Assembly: GCA_022842865.1 (NCBI GenBank)
Contig: JALHOV010000003.1
Location: 1-37,748 of the forward strand
Reading direction: 5' to 3'
Origin: Vulcanimicrobiota bacterium
Lineage (GTDB): Bacteria > Vulcanimicrobiota > Xenobia > Xenobiales > JADMJV01
DNA length: 37,748 nucleotides
Of this stretch, positions 17,628 through 27,204 are shown piece after piece. The position numbers were made by a program, and so were the translations under genes. Each line of letters opens with the position of its first letter. Positions within the stretch are counted from its first letter, which is position 1. The notes under the pieces are model-generated. The model made no database searches. It worked only from the letters and a program-made list of their open reading frames with translations, and was not told the origin of the DNA.

Positions 17628-19084
17628 TGGCCGACAGCGCCGCCTTCTCGCGGGCCCGTCAGGCTCTGGCAGAAATGCTCTCGGAGTGGGAGCTTTGCTG
17701 GCTGCTCTGGCCCGCCTCCACTTTGGCGCGCCAGCTCGCTCAGGCTCCAGCGGCCTGGTTTGAGATTCCGGTCCAGCCCGGTCCGGTGTGGGCTCAGCAG
17801 ATGCAGGCCTTCTTCCTGGCCCAAAAGCAAGACCAGCCTCTGTTGTTGGTTCTGGAGGCCCCGCACGACTTGGAACGCCTGGGGCACCTTCAGGAGTTGG
17901 CCGCGCCCTTGCCCTGGCTGCTCGTCATTCTGCTCGATCCGGCCGGCTATCTGGCTCCGGTGCCGGCCAGCGGCGGCTGGTTTCAGCGCGAAGCCAAAGA
18001 GCCTGCCTATGCCTGGTCGAGCTGGCTGCGACAGTTTCAGTTGGATTTCTGGGGAAGCTTTGCTCTGGAAGAGCCCAAGCAAACCGCTGAGCGGCTGGAA
18101 GCCTTCATGGAGGGCAGTGGCCGCCGGCTTTTGCATCTCTACGGCCCGACCCTGGCCCAGCCAGAACTGACTGCGCGGTCGCCGGCACGGCTGCTGGTCG
18201 GGGACTCTCTGGAGTCGGCTTTCCTGGAGCAACTGCAGATTCCTGACAATGCGCGCCTGCTCTGGTGCGCCAGCCAACCCCCGGCGGGCGCTCTGGCCGT
18301 GCATCCCGAGCAGGCCGGAAGTGCTGCCTGGGGCATTCATCAGGCCGGGTTTTTCCCGATTCTGGCCATCAGCGCCGGCTGTATCGGGGCCGCGCTGCAA
18401 GATCTTTTGCCCGGTCTGCCCCCCGGTTGCCTGCTCTTGATTTTGGAGGCGGGCCTGTGTTGGGAGCCCGGCCAAAGCCATCTTTCCCCGTCTCGGCTAC
18501 GCGACCTCGCCTTGCTGCGTCAGGTACACGGCCTGGCGTTGGCCTGTCCGGCCGATGTCCACGAAGCCGTACAGCTAACCCAACTGAGTTACGCCACTCA
18601 AAGTCCGGTGGCGGTGCGCCTGCCGCAGGCCCCGGCCGTATTGACCGGTCTCAGCAAAGGGCCGGCCCAGGCCGGTCGCAGTCATATGCTGCGGCCCGGC
18701 CACCACGCCGCCATTCTGGCTCTCGGTCCGATGGTCTACGCCTCTTTGCTGGCCGCCGAAGCGATTTCTTCTTGGGGGCTGGAGTGCCAGGTATGGGACA
18801 TGCGCTTCCTCAAGCCTCTGGATCGCGAGGCCCTGGCCGAGGCTGCCGCCACCGGCCACCTGCTCACGGTAGAAGAGCACTGTCTGCAGGGCGGATTGGC
18901 CACCATGGTGCTGGAAACTCTGAGCCAACTGGAGCTGAGTGCCAAAGTTCACCACCTGGCCTTGCCTGCCACGCCGCCCATTGAAAACGGATCCCCGGCC
19001 GAGGAGTTCGGCCTGGACGCCGATGGAATCCAGAAGGCGATGCGCAAACTGCTTGGCCTGGTCAGCCCGGAGAGTTTCGCTTAA
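17627..19084 (+). CDS. degenerate Dxs/transketolase C-terminal-domain protein (dxs-like, probably non-catalytic)
   Basis: The C-terminal half follows the Dxs pattern (PVAVRLP, AILALGPMV, MRFLKPLD, LTVEEH..GGL, FGLDADGI) and the gene sits after ispA. No GDG..N TPP motif. Only 485 aa. Confidence 0.75.
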   Translation: MADSAAFSRARQALAEMLSEWELCWLLWPASTLARQLAQAPAAWFEIPVQPGPVWAQQMQAFFLAQKQDQPLLLVLEAPHDLERLGHLQELAAPLPWLLVILLDPAGYLAPVPASGGWFQREAKEPAYAWSSWLRQFQLDFWGSFALEEPKQTAERLEAFMEGSGRRLLHLYGPTLAQPELTARSPARLLVGDSLESAFLEQLQIPDNARLLWCASQPPAGALAVHPEQAGSAAWGIHQAGFFPILAISAGCIGAALQDLLPGLPPGCLLLILEAGLCWEPGQSHLSPSRLRDLALLRQVHGLALACPADVHEAVQLTQLSYATQSPVAVRLPQAPAVLTGLSKGPAQAGRSHMLRPGHHAAILALGPMVYASLLAAEAISSWGLECQVWDMRFLKPLDREALAEAAATGHLLTVEEHCLQGGLATMVLETLSQLELSAKVHHLALPATPPIENGSPAEEFGLDADGIQKAMRKLLGLVSPESFA

Positions 19085-21183
19085 AGTTCGGCTCCCAGCT
19101 TGCGCTGGCCGTTCTCCACTTTGACCAGGCGATAATGAAAGGGAAAGGGCTTGAAGCCTTTGTGGGCCAGGTCGTAGTGGCCGAGCAGACCGGCGTAGGG
19201 CTTGGAGGCCTTCAGGTCGGTCAGCACTTCATCCGGGCCCTCGGGGCGCCAGTGCAGTGAGGCCAGACGAGCCGCGTCGTAACCCAGGGCGCTGTTCCAG
19301 TCGGGGGCCGACAATTGATACGTCGCCTGCCAATCCTTGACGAAAGGCTGATTGCGTGCCTGCCAGAGCGGTTCCACCAGCCAGACTTCCCCGGCCACTT
19401 CTTTCAGTTCGCGAACAAAGTCTTCCGAGGCCGGATGAAAAACGCACAGCACCGGGGTATGTACGCCACCTTTGCGCAGATTGGCAATCCATTGGGCGGC
19501 GCGTTCGTGAAGGTTATCAGACAGGTAGATCCAGTCTGGCTTGAGCGCGGCTACGCGGGCGGCGACTTCGTCGGGTCGGTCTTCGGGGTGAAATCCCAAT
19601 TTGACCACTTCTCGCCCGGTGGCCTTGCGAATGCTCTCCTCGGCCATGCGCGCCGAGGTGGACATGGCTTTCACATCGGTCGAATACAAGACCAGACCAG
19701 TGGGACCGTGGGTTTTCACTGCGTGCCCAATCAGTGCTCCCATGCGGTCCCAATGAGGGAAGCCCAGCGGAAAGACGTTGGGAGCGGCCTGCGAGACGCG
19801 GGGGTCGGTGCTGCCCAGGGGGAGCAGAGGAACGTTTCCAGTGAGAGGTGCCAACATCAGCGCATCTTGGGAGCCGAAGGGTCCTAAGACCATGCTGGCC
19901 GGCCCCATTTTTTGCCAGGCTTCCAGAGGAGGCATGGCATGGGTGTCCACCAGGGTGAAGCTGAAGCGCTTTTCTTCGAGTTGCCCCAGGGCCACGCCCT
20001 GGACAATCCAGTTGACGTGCTCGCCTTCCTGGCCTCCCAAAGGCAAGAGTAAAGGCACCTGAGGGGCTCCATCGCGTAGCAAGGGCAGTTGGGCCAGGGT
20101 GAGTCGAGCCCAGCCCGAGCCGGGATCGGCCGAGAGGGTCACCCGCAAGGCTCCCTCGACCTGGTCCCAGCGTTTTTCGGCCAGGTAGCTCTGGACTTTG
20201 GGCCACGAGACTCCTTCTTCCCGGATTGCCAGGGGGGTTGGTGTGGGCGTCCCAGGGCCCGGCCGAGAGAGCACCAGGCCGGCGGCTCCTATCAATAAAC
20301 CGACCAGAGGCACCAGGGCGGCGGCTACGCCCCAGCGGGTGGTGGTGCGCGGTTTTTCGAGCACCCGCTCCGTCTTAGGGGTGGAGGCAGGCACGGCCAG
20401 GGGGGGAGGGGCCGGCAGGGCCGCGGCCTGGAACTGGAGCGCGTGCAAAACCTCTTCGGCGTCGCTCGGGCGGCGCGCCGGGTCACTGCTCAAGCATTGC
20501 AGAATCAGTTGCTCGGTGGCGGAAGATAGGCCCGGTCGCTGAGGTTGGATTCGGTGTTCTCCGCCCGTGGGGCCGGGCGGCACGCCCAGTAACAAGTAGT
20601 AAAGGATGGCGCCCAGGCTGAAGATGTCGGCGGCCGGGCCGAGTCGGTGGTTCGCGCCCATCTGCTCGGGGGCGGCGAAGCTCAGCGAACCGGCCTGGTC
20701 GTCGTGCGTCTGGCCGCGGTCTTCGCGAGCCAGCCCAAAGTCGATCAGGCGCACGCCGTCGGGCATGACCATTACGTTCTGAGGTTTCAGGTCGCGGTGG
20801 TAGAGCGGCGGTTTGCGCTGGTGGAGGTAAGCCAGCACCTCGGCCAGTTGAACTCCCCATTGGATGGCCTGCGCCTCGCTGACCGGGCCTTTTTTTTCCA
20901 CCAGGTCATACATCGAGGGACCATCCAGATACTCGCGCACCAGGTAGCCATTCTCATCCTGCACGAAGAAGTCCACCACCACGGGAATGCGCGGATGTTC
21001 CAGTTGGGAAAGAATGGAGGCTTCGCGTTCGAAGGCCGCCCGCTCGGGCCCGCCGGCCACCAGTTCCTTGATGGCCCACATGCTGCCGTGCAGCCGGCGG
21101 TCGCTGCAGAGGTAAACAGCTCCGTCCCCCCCGCGGCCGAGCTCTCGAATGACCTGGTAGCGCTCCTGGAGCACCCGGGTCAT
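19081..21183 (-). CDS. Hanks-type Ser/Thr kinase with TM and extracytoplasmic type-1 periplasmic-binding-protein-like domain
   Basis: LGRGGDGAVY, AIKE, HRDLKPQN, DFGLA and APEQ, then a TM helix. C-terminal LLLPLGG, VLGPFGS and ALGYDAA are typical of LivJ-like PBPs. Confidence 0.9.
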   Translation of the reverse strand: MTRVLQERYQVIRELGRGGDGAVYLCSDRRLHGSMWAIKELVAGGPERAAFEREASILSQLEHPRIPVVVDFFVQDENGYLVREYLDGPSMYDLVEKKGPVSEAQAIQWGVQLAEVLAYLHQRKPPLYHRDLKPQNVMVMPDGVRLIDFGLAREDRGQTHDDQAGSLSFAAPEQMGANHRLGPAADIFSLGAILYYLLLGVPPGPTGGEHRIQPQRPGLSSATEQLILQCLSSDPARRPSDAEEVLHALQFQAAALPAPPPLAVPASTPKTERVLEKPRTTTRWGVAAALVPLVGLLIGAAGLVLSRPGPGTPTPTPLAIREEGVSWPKVQSYLAEKRWDQVEGALRVTLSADPGSGWARLTLAQLPLLRDGAPQVPLLLPLGGQEGEHVNWIVQGVALGQLEEKRFSFTLVDTHAMPPLEAWQKMGPASMVLGPFGSQDALMLAPLTGNVPLLPLGSTDPRVSQAAPNVFPLGFPHWDRMGALIGHAVKTHGPTGLVLYSTDVKAMSTSARMAEESIRKATGREVVKLGFHPEDRPDEVAARVAALKPDWIYLSDNLHERAAQWIANLRKGGVHTPVLCVFHPASEDFVRELKEVAGEVWLVEPLWQARNQPFVKDWQATYQLSAPDWNSALGYDAARLASLHWRPEGPDEVLTDLKASKPYAGLLGHYDLAHKGFKPFPFHYRLVKVENGQRKLGAEL

Positions 21184-22469
21184 TTAGCGACCGGAAGTAC
21201 GATGGTGAACTGCGCTCCACCCTTGGGCCCACTGCCCACGGTAATGTTTCCCTGGTGCTTGCGCACGACTTCACTGGCGATGGCCAGACCCAGACCGGTT
21301 CCTCGCCCAATATCTTTGGTGGTGAAAAACGGCTGGAAGACTTTCTTGCGATTCTCTTCGGGAATGCCCGGGCCGTTGTCGGAAACCTCGACCTTGAGCT
21401 GGCTGCCTTCATTGCGGCTGCGAATCTCGACTTCGGGATTGGCCACCCCGGCGGATTTCAGGGCGTCCCGAGCGTTGATCAGCAAATTGTTGAAGAGATG
21501 GCTCCACTGGGTAGAATTGATGCGGGCCGGGGGCAGGTCCTGAAGGTCGAGCACCACTTTCATGCTGTCGGCGCTGAGCGTCTCGGCCAGCAGGTCGACG
21601 GTGCCGCGGATGACCTCGTTGAGGTCGGCGTCGGCTCGCACGAATCGCGAAAAGGTCAGACCCTGTTCGGTTTCGACCGGCTCGCGCGAGTAGACCAGCA
21701 GCTTCTCGATGATGCCTTTGCATTTCTCGACCGCCTCGCGCACGATGCGTAGCCGCTTGGCTTTGTTTTCCTCGGTCTCGTGGCGCTGTAGACTGGAGAC
21801 CATAGCCAGCACCGCGCCCAGGGGAGTGTTGAGTTCGTGGGCGACCCCGGCGGCCAGGCGGCCTACGCTGGCCATCTGGTGTTCTTGGGCCATCTCGACC
21901 TGCATGCTTTCCAGAGCTTGCTGGGCCTTGGCCAGAGCTCCCTCTTCTTGAAAGCGTGGCCCGATCAAGGTGGCCAGGGTGGTCACCGAATCCAGCAAAC
22001 GGCGTTGATGCCCGTCGGGGCGCAGGGTGCCCTCCCAGCATGCCAGCAGCACTCCCATGCCCTGCCGACCCGGACCGATGGGAATGGCCAGGATCCAGCG
22101 TCCGGCATACTGTGATTCGGCCGGCTGGCCCGTGTCCCAGGCCTGTTGTAGCAGGTCGCGCACCAGCCCTGGACCGGTTTCTTCGGCGCTGCGACCCACT
22201 TCGGCGGCCCGGCGAAAGCCGGTCTCGCCCTTGCTCACGCGAAAATAGAGAGTGGCGCCCACGGCTTTGCAGCCATCCATGCAGGTCTGACAGAGTGCCC
22301 GAGTCTGGCTTTGGAAGTCCGTCTGGCTGAGCACGTTCTGGTGGAGCCGATCTAGCGACTCGACCAGGATGTCACGGCGACGCAGTTGCGTCCAACAGAA
22401 CCAGGCGCCCGCCGTGGCGGTGCTGGTCGCTAAGAACCACAAAGGAAACTGCAATTGAACGATGTCCAC
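21180..22469 (-). CDS. sensor histidine kinase (TM, GAF-like, HisKA, HATPase)
   Basis: H box AAGVAHELNTPL, N box NLLINARDA, DNGPGI, FQPFFTTK and GTGLGL. The start is uncertain (GTG 22469 chosen, ORF open to 22574). Confidence 0.9.
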   Translation of the reverse strand: MDIVQLQFPLWFLATSTATAGAWFCWTQLRRRDILVESLDRLHQNVLSQTDFQSQTRALCQTCMDGCKAVGATLYFRVSKGETGFRRAAEVGRSAEETGPGLVRDLLQQAWDTGQPAESQYAGRWILAIPIGPGRQGMGVLLACWEGTLRPDGHQRRLLDSVTTLATLIGPRFQEEGALAKAQQALESMQVEMAQEHQMASVGRLAAGVAHELNTPLGAVLAMVSSLQRHETEENKAKRLRIVREAVEKCKGIIEKLLVYSREPVETEQGLTFSRFVRADADLNEVIRGTVDLLAETLSADSMKVVLDLQDLPPARINSTQWSHLFNNLLINARDALKSAGVANPEVEIRSRNEGSQLKVEVSDNGPGIPEENRKKVFQPFFTTKDIGRGTGLGLAIASEVVRKHQGNITVGSGPKGGAQFTIVLPVAK

Positions 22470-22666
22470 CGGCCTGGGCCTTTTGTTGCCGGGCCCGGGG
22501 TTTCCTTTCCCAGAGGCCCGAAACCCTGCCCTCCCGCGCTCGGTCGGGCGCAAGCGCCATCCACTCGCGCCCATTTAAGTCTGTCGCCTGCGGCTCCTAG
22601 ACAGGAAACCGCGCTCAAGGGGTGTAACTCAGGCCGGCTGGATCTATCGCGTCCCTGGAGGGGTAC

Positions 22667-25114
22667 TTGGCTGAGTCAATTTTGGTGGTAGAAGACGATC
22701 CGCTGATGCTCGCGGCTCTCGAAATTTTGTTGGAAGATGAAGGCTATGCGGTCACGACCGCACTGTCGGGCATCGACGCCATTCGCTTGGCCAAGGACAA
22801 AGAGTTTGACCTGGTGATTTCGGACGTGCAAATGGCCGAAATGGACGGCATGGAAACGATTTCCGGCGTCAAGCAGCAGCAGCCCAGCGCGCGCTCGATT
22901 GTGATCACCGGTTACGCCAGTCCGGATGTGCCCATTCAGGCCATCAAAATGGGCGTGGACGACTACATTCTCAAGCCTTTCGACGACCGCCAGTTCGTGG
23001 CCAGCGTCAAGCGCTGCCTGGATTCGTTCCGCCAGCAGAAGATGTATACCCAGGGCCTGCAGCAGCAGTGGCGGGATTTTTCCACCATCATCAAGCTGCT
23101 CTCCGAGGGAGTGGAGGAGCGCGACGAGCATTTCGCCGGCCACTCTCGCCGCGTGGCTGAACTTTCGGTCAAGCTGGGCCGCAAGCAGGGTCTGTCGCGC
23201 AGCCGCTGTGAGGCCCTCGAGCTGGCCGCGTTTCTGCATGACATCGGCAGCATCGGCCAGAAAAAGGCCTTCCTGGACAAAGCGGAGGAGTTGCTCAAAG
23301 AGGACATCGCTCAGATTCAGGCGGCTTCTTCGCAAGCCTCCGAGTCGCTTTTCTCCAGCGTGTCCAGCCTGCGCGAGATCTTTCGCATCATCGTCCATCA
23401 CCACGAATGGTATGACGGCAGCGGCAAGCCGCACGGCCTCAAGGGCGACGACATTCCGCTGGAGTCGCGCATCTTGTGTGTGACCGAAGCCTACGACGCT
23501 ATGATCAGCAAGCGACCCCACCGCGAACCACTGGGCCACGCCGAAGCGCGCCAGGTTTTGCAGAAGGAATCGGGCACCCACTTCGATCCAGCCCTGGTGG
23601 AAGTTCTTCTTCATCTGCTGGTCGACTCTTCCGAGGACGAAGAGAACGAAGAAGCCATTGAGGCCAGCCTGTCCAAGGAGCGCCAGGCCGAGTTGCTACT
23701 GGGCATCTGCCGCACTTACCTGACCGCTGGCGACCTGGAAACGGCCGGAAGCGGCTTTCAGCAGGTCATCGACCTGCTCGGAGCCGACGGTTCGCGCACG
23801 GCCCTGTCCGAGGCGTCCGCCGGTCTGGCTCTCAGTCTGCTGCACCGCAAGCGTTACGAGGACGCGGAGGCAGCCGCCAATAAAGCCGTCGAATGGGCTC
23901 ACGCCAGTTCCCAGCTGGTCATGGGACGGGCCCGCGCTCTGCGTGGTCTGTGCTTTGGCTATCTGGGCAAGACCGACCAGGCCCTGCACGAATTGTCCAG
24001 CGCCCAGGAGATTTTCGCCGTTTGGGAAGCCCATCTCGACCACGCCATCGGTTTGCTCTACCATGGCCGAGTCGAGCGGGAGCGCAAGGGCAACTGGCAA
24101 GAGCCAGTGGAGAAAGCCGTTGAACTCATCGACCAGATGGGGCTTCAGCAGGTGCTCAAGCAAGAGCGCTACGTGGCCATTCCGTTGCTGCTCCAACTGG
24201 TGGGTCAGGAAGAAGAGCACGTCAAGTCGAAGAATTTGCTGGCTTACCTGGGTTACGACACTCTGCAGCCCTTCTTCATGGAACTGGAAACCGGTGCCCG
24301 CGAACGGGCCATCTCGCGTCTGGCCCCTCGCGAAGGCGGTGGCGCTCCCCAGTCCCCGCCGCTCTCTATGTATGGCTTCGGCAAGTTCCGCGTCTTCTTG
24401 GGCGACCAAGAAGTGGGCGAGAAGCTGTGGAAGACGCGCAAGTCCAAGTATCTGTTCGCCTACCTGGCCTGCAACGCCGGCCGCGACGTGCCCGACGAAA
24501 AGGTCATGGACCTCTTCTGGCCCGACCACGAGCCCGAAAAGGCTCGCCAGTCCCTGTATGCTGCTCTCTCGCATATGCGCAAAGCTTTGGAAGCCGTCTT
24601 CCCGGGCGAAAGCGACCGCGTGGTGCTGGCTCGAAAAGGTTTCTACCGCTTCAACTCGGAGCGCAGTTACTTCTTCGATATGCCAGAGTTCGAGCGTCTC
24701 TACGATCAGGCTCAGGCTCGCATCAAGGAAGGCCGCGAAGACGAAGCCATGGTGGCTTTCCAAAAAGCGGAAGCCCTTTACACGGGCGAGTTTATGGAAG
24801 GTTACTACGAAGACTGGGCCGTCTTCATCCGCGAAGAGCTGGACATGAAATACAGCGAAATGCTGCAGACGCTCATGGACCACTTCTTCGATAAGAATCG
24901 CTTCCCGGTGTGCATCGACTACGCGCAGCGCCTGCTGCGCATCGACTCGTGCCATCAGGACGCTCACACCACCCTGATGCGCTCGCACATTGCCCAGGGC
25001 AAGCCGGAACTGGCCGCCCGTCAATACCAGGCCTGCAGTCAGATCATGAAAAACGAACTCAACATGTCGCCATCTCCCGAAATGACGGCGCTCTATCTTC
25101 AGATCACGGGATAA
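22667..25114 (+). CDS. multidomain response regulator: REC + HD-GYP-like + TPR + SARP/BTAD activator domain
   Basis: REC: VVEDD, SDVQMAEMDG, KPF. HD-GYP-like: HSRRVA, LHDIG, HHHEWYDGSGKP, RPHR. SARP/BTAD: FGKFRV, WKTRKSKYLFAYL, LYTGEFMEGYYEDW, ELNMSPSPE. Confidence 0.9.
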   Translation: MAESILVVEDDPLMLAALEILLEDEGYAVTTALSGIDAIRLAKDKEFDLVISDVQMAEMDGMETISGVKQQQPSARSIVITGYASPDVPIQAIKMGVDDYILKPFDDRQFVASVKRCLDSFRQQKMYTQGLQQQWRDFSTIIKLLSEGVEERDEHFAGHSRRVAELSVKLGRKQGLSRSRCEALELAAFLHDIGSIGQKKAFLDKAEELLKEDIAQIQAASSQASESLFSSVSSLREIFRIIVHHHEWYDGSGKPHGLKGDDIPLESRILCVTEAYDAMISKRPHREPLGHAEARQVLQKESGTHFDPALVEVLLHLLVDSSEDEENEEAIEASLSKERQAELLLGICRTYLTAGDLETAGSGFQQVIDLLGADGSRTALSEASAGLALSLLHRKRYEDAEAAANKAVEWAHASSQLVMGRARALRGLCFGYLGKTDQALHELSSAQEIFAVWEAHLDHAIGLLYHGRVERERKGNWQEPVEKAVELIDQMGLQQVLKQERYVAIPLLLQLVGQEEEHVKSKNLLAYLGYDTLQPFFMELETGARERAISRLAPREGGGAPQSPPLSMYGFGKFRVFLGDQEVGEKLWKTRKSKYLFAYLACNAGRDVPDEKVMDLFWPDHEPEKARQSLYAALSHMRKALEAVFPGESDRVVLARKGFYRFNSERSYFFDMPEFERLYDQAQARIKEGREDEAMVAFQKAEALYTGEFMEGYYEDWAVFIREELDMKYSEMLQTLMDHFFDKNRFPVCIDYAQRLLRIDSCHQDAHTTLMRSHIAQGKPELAARQYQACSQIMKNELNMSPSPEMTALYLQITG

Positions 25115-25121
25115 CACCTGA

Positions 25122-26744
25122 GTGCTGGTCCAACTGGAAATCGAAAACTTTGCCCTGATTGACTCGGTCCAGTTGGAATTCCGCGAAGGTCTGAATGTGC
25201 TCACCGGGGAGACCGGGGCCGGCAAATCCATTGTCCTGGACGCGCTTGGCTTTTTGTTGGGCGACCCGGCTCGCGACGCCGTGAGCAAAAGGGCCCGGGT
25301 CACCGGACGCTTCATGCTCTCCGCCGAAGCCAGGAAATGGCTGGTGGAGCAGGGCTGGGACGAGGACGATGAGGCCATCGCTCTGCGCGAAGTCAGTCCC
25401 GGGGGCCGCAGCCTGTGTCGCCTGAATGGAGCGTTGTGCAGCCTGGCGCAACTGCGCGAGTTGGGCAACCTGATGCTGGAGATCCATAGCCAGCACCAAT
25501 CCAACCGCCTGTTGCGGCCCTCTCGGCATCTCGAGTTGCTGGACCGGCTCTCCGACCATCAACCGCTCTTGGAAGCCTATCGCGATCTTTACCGCGAGTC
25601 GCAAACGACCGAGAAGCAGTTGCTCGAACTCGGGCAGAGCGAACGCGAACGCAATCGCCAGTTGGAATGGTTGCGCTTCGAGGTCCAGGAGATCGAGGAA
25701 GCGAGCCTGCAGCCGGATGAGGACACGGAGATCGAGGCCAACATTCGCCGACTGGCCGCGGCCGAGGAACTGGGTCAACGCTCCCGTCAGGCTCTGCTGC
25801 ACATCGACAACGCCCTCGACGGGGTGGGCCAGGCTCAAAAGCAGCTGAATGCCCTGCTCCGTTTGGACCCGGCCGTTTCCTTCACGGAGCTGGCCTCTCT
25901 CTGTGAGAGCCAGCTGGGTGACCTTTCTCACGCTTTGAATCGCTATCAAGATGAGCTCCAGGGAGAGCCTGAGCAACTCGATCAACTGCAGGCCCGGGCC
26001 GAGTTGCTGCGCACTCTCAAGCGCAAATACGGCTCGGATGTCTCGGCCATTCTCGCCTACGGAGTGGACGCTCGTCAGAAATTGGCCGACCTGGAAAACG
26101 CCGAGGAGAAACTGGAGCATCTCCAGCAACGACAACAAGAGTTGTCGGCGCAGCTCAAGGACCTGGCCGGCCGCCTGACCCTGTCGCGCCAGAAACAGGC
26201 CCGGCTGCTGGAGAAGGAAGTTCAGCTGCAACTGGCCGACCTGAACCTGGAGACCATGCGCTTCGAGGTCCACCAGCAGCCCGGCGAGTTAGGCCCGCAG
26301 GGCGCCGACCAGCTGGAATTTTACCTGGCTCCCAACCCGGGCACGCCGCCGCGCCCTCTGGCCAAGATCGCCTCGGGAGGCGAGTTGTCTCGTATCATGC
26401 TGGCCGTCATCGGCATCTTTGCCAAGTTTGAGCCCCTGACCACGCTGATTTTCGACGAAATTGACGCTGGACTGGGCGGGCGGGCGGCCGAGGCCGTGGC
26501 CCGAAAGCTCGGCCTGTTGGCCAAACAGCGTCAGGTGCTCTGCGTCACCCACCTGGCCGTGATTGCCGCCGCTGGGGACCAGCACATCCGCGTCTCCAAA
26601 GAAAGCGACAACGAGCGCACTCAACTGGAATTGACCACCCTCACCGGCAAGACCCGCGAAGCAGAAATCGCGCGTATGCTCAGCGGTGACGCCGGGGCCG
26701 CCTCCGCCCAGCGCCTGGCCCGGGAGCTCTTGAAAAAGAGCTAG
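25122..26744 (+). CDS. recN: DNA repair protein RecN
   Basis: LTGETGAGKSI, ASGGELSRIMLA, IFDEIDAG, VTHL and EIARMLSG. Confidence 0.97.
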   Translation: MLVQLEIENFALIDSVQLEFREGLNVLTGETGAGKSIVLDALGFLLGDPARDAVSKRARVTGRFMLSAEARKWLVEQGWDEDDEAIALREVSPGGRSLCRLNGALCSLAQLRELGNLMLEIHSQHQSNRLLRPSRHLELLDRLSDHQPLLEAYRDLYRESQTTEKQLLELGQSERERNRQLEWLRFEVQEIEEASLQPDEDTEIEANIRRLAAAEELGQRSRQALLHIDNALDGVGQAQKQLNALLRLDPAVSFTELASLCESQLGDLSHALNRYQDELQGEPEQLDQLQARAELLRTLKRKYGSDVSAILAYGVDARQKLADLENAEEKLEHLQQRQQELSAQLKDLAGRLTLSRQKQARLLEKEVQLQLADLNLETMRFEVHQQPGELGPQGADQLEFYLAPNPGTPPRPLAKIASGGELSRIMLAVIGIFAKFEPLTTLIFDEIDAGLGGRAAEAVARKLGLLAKQRQVLCVTHLAVIAAAGDQHIRVSKESDNERTQLELTTLTGKTREAEIARMLSGDAGAASAQRLARELLKKS

Positions 26745-26750
26745 TTAGGC

Positions 26751-26769
26751 CGAAGGCCGCTAGCCTTCG
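26751..26769. terminator. small hairpin between convergent recN and vapC
   Basis: CGAAGGC-cgcta-GCCTTCG with a 7-bp stem and no long U tract. Confidence 0.3.
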
Positions 26770-26775
26770 CTTGAG

Positions 26776-27204
26776 TTAGAGGACGACCAGATGCTGGCTC
26801 TCCGCACCTCGAACCGCGCTCTGAGGAATGCGAGAATCGAAGGTAATCAGTCGTCCCCCGCGCCATACCGCTAAGGAAAGTAGATACAGGTCGGTCAGTT
26901 GACCTGGGCCGTGGATCTTGGACCGGTCAAAGCGTGCCTCTTCCAGAAAGCTCAGGTCATCGGACCAGAATTCATGATGCCGAGTCGTGGTGGCGTTCTC
27001 CAAAAGATCCAGCGCGGCCCGTGTGCTGATTGGCTTTGGATATCTGGGCTGGCTGACGACTCGTAGGAAGCCATTCTGAGTGAGCGGACAAGAGGCCCAT
27101 CCGTCGCGGATATGGGTCTTGAACCAATCGCGGGCCAGTTGGTGGTGAATGTGGGCCTGGTCAAACAGTGCCAGCAGGACATTGACGTCGAAAAGTGCTC
27201 GCAA
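26776..27204 (-). CDS. vapC: VapC-family PIN-domain toxin
   Basis: LFDVNVLLAL, TQNGFLRV, TDLYLLSLA and LITFD. Confidence 0.92.
   Translation of the reverse strand: MRALFDVNVLLALFDQAHIHHQLARDWFKTHIRDGWASCPLTQNGFLRVVSQPRYPKPISTRAALDLLENATTTRHHEFWSDDLSFLEEARFDRSKIHGPGQLTDLYLLSLAVWRGGRLITFDSRIPQSAVRGAESQHLVVL

Noticed and set aside
23696-26273. Long minus-strand ORFs (602 aa and 389 aa)
   Set aside because: They lie antisense to the regulator and recN, as expected in high-GC coding DNA.
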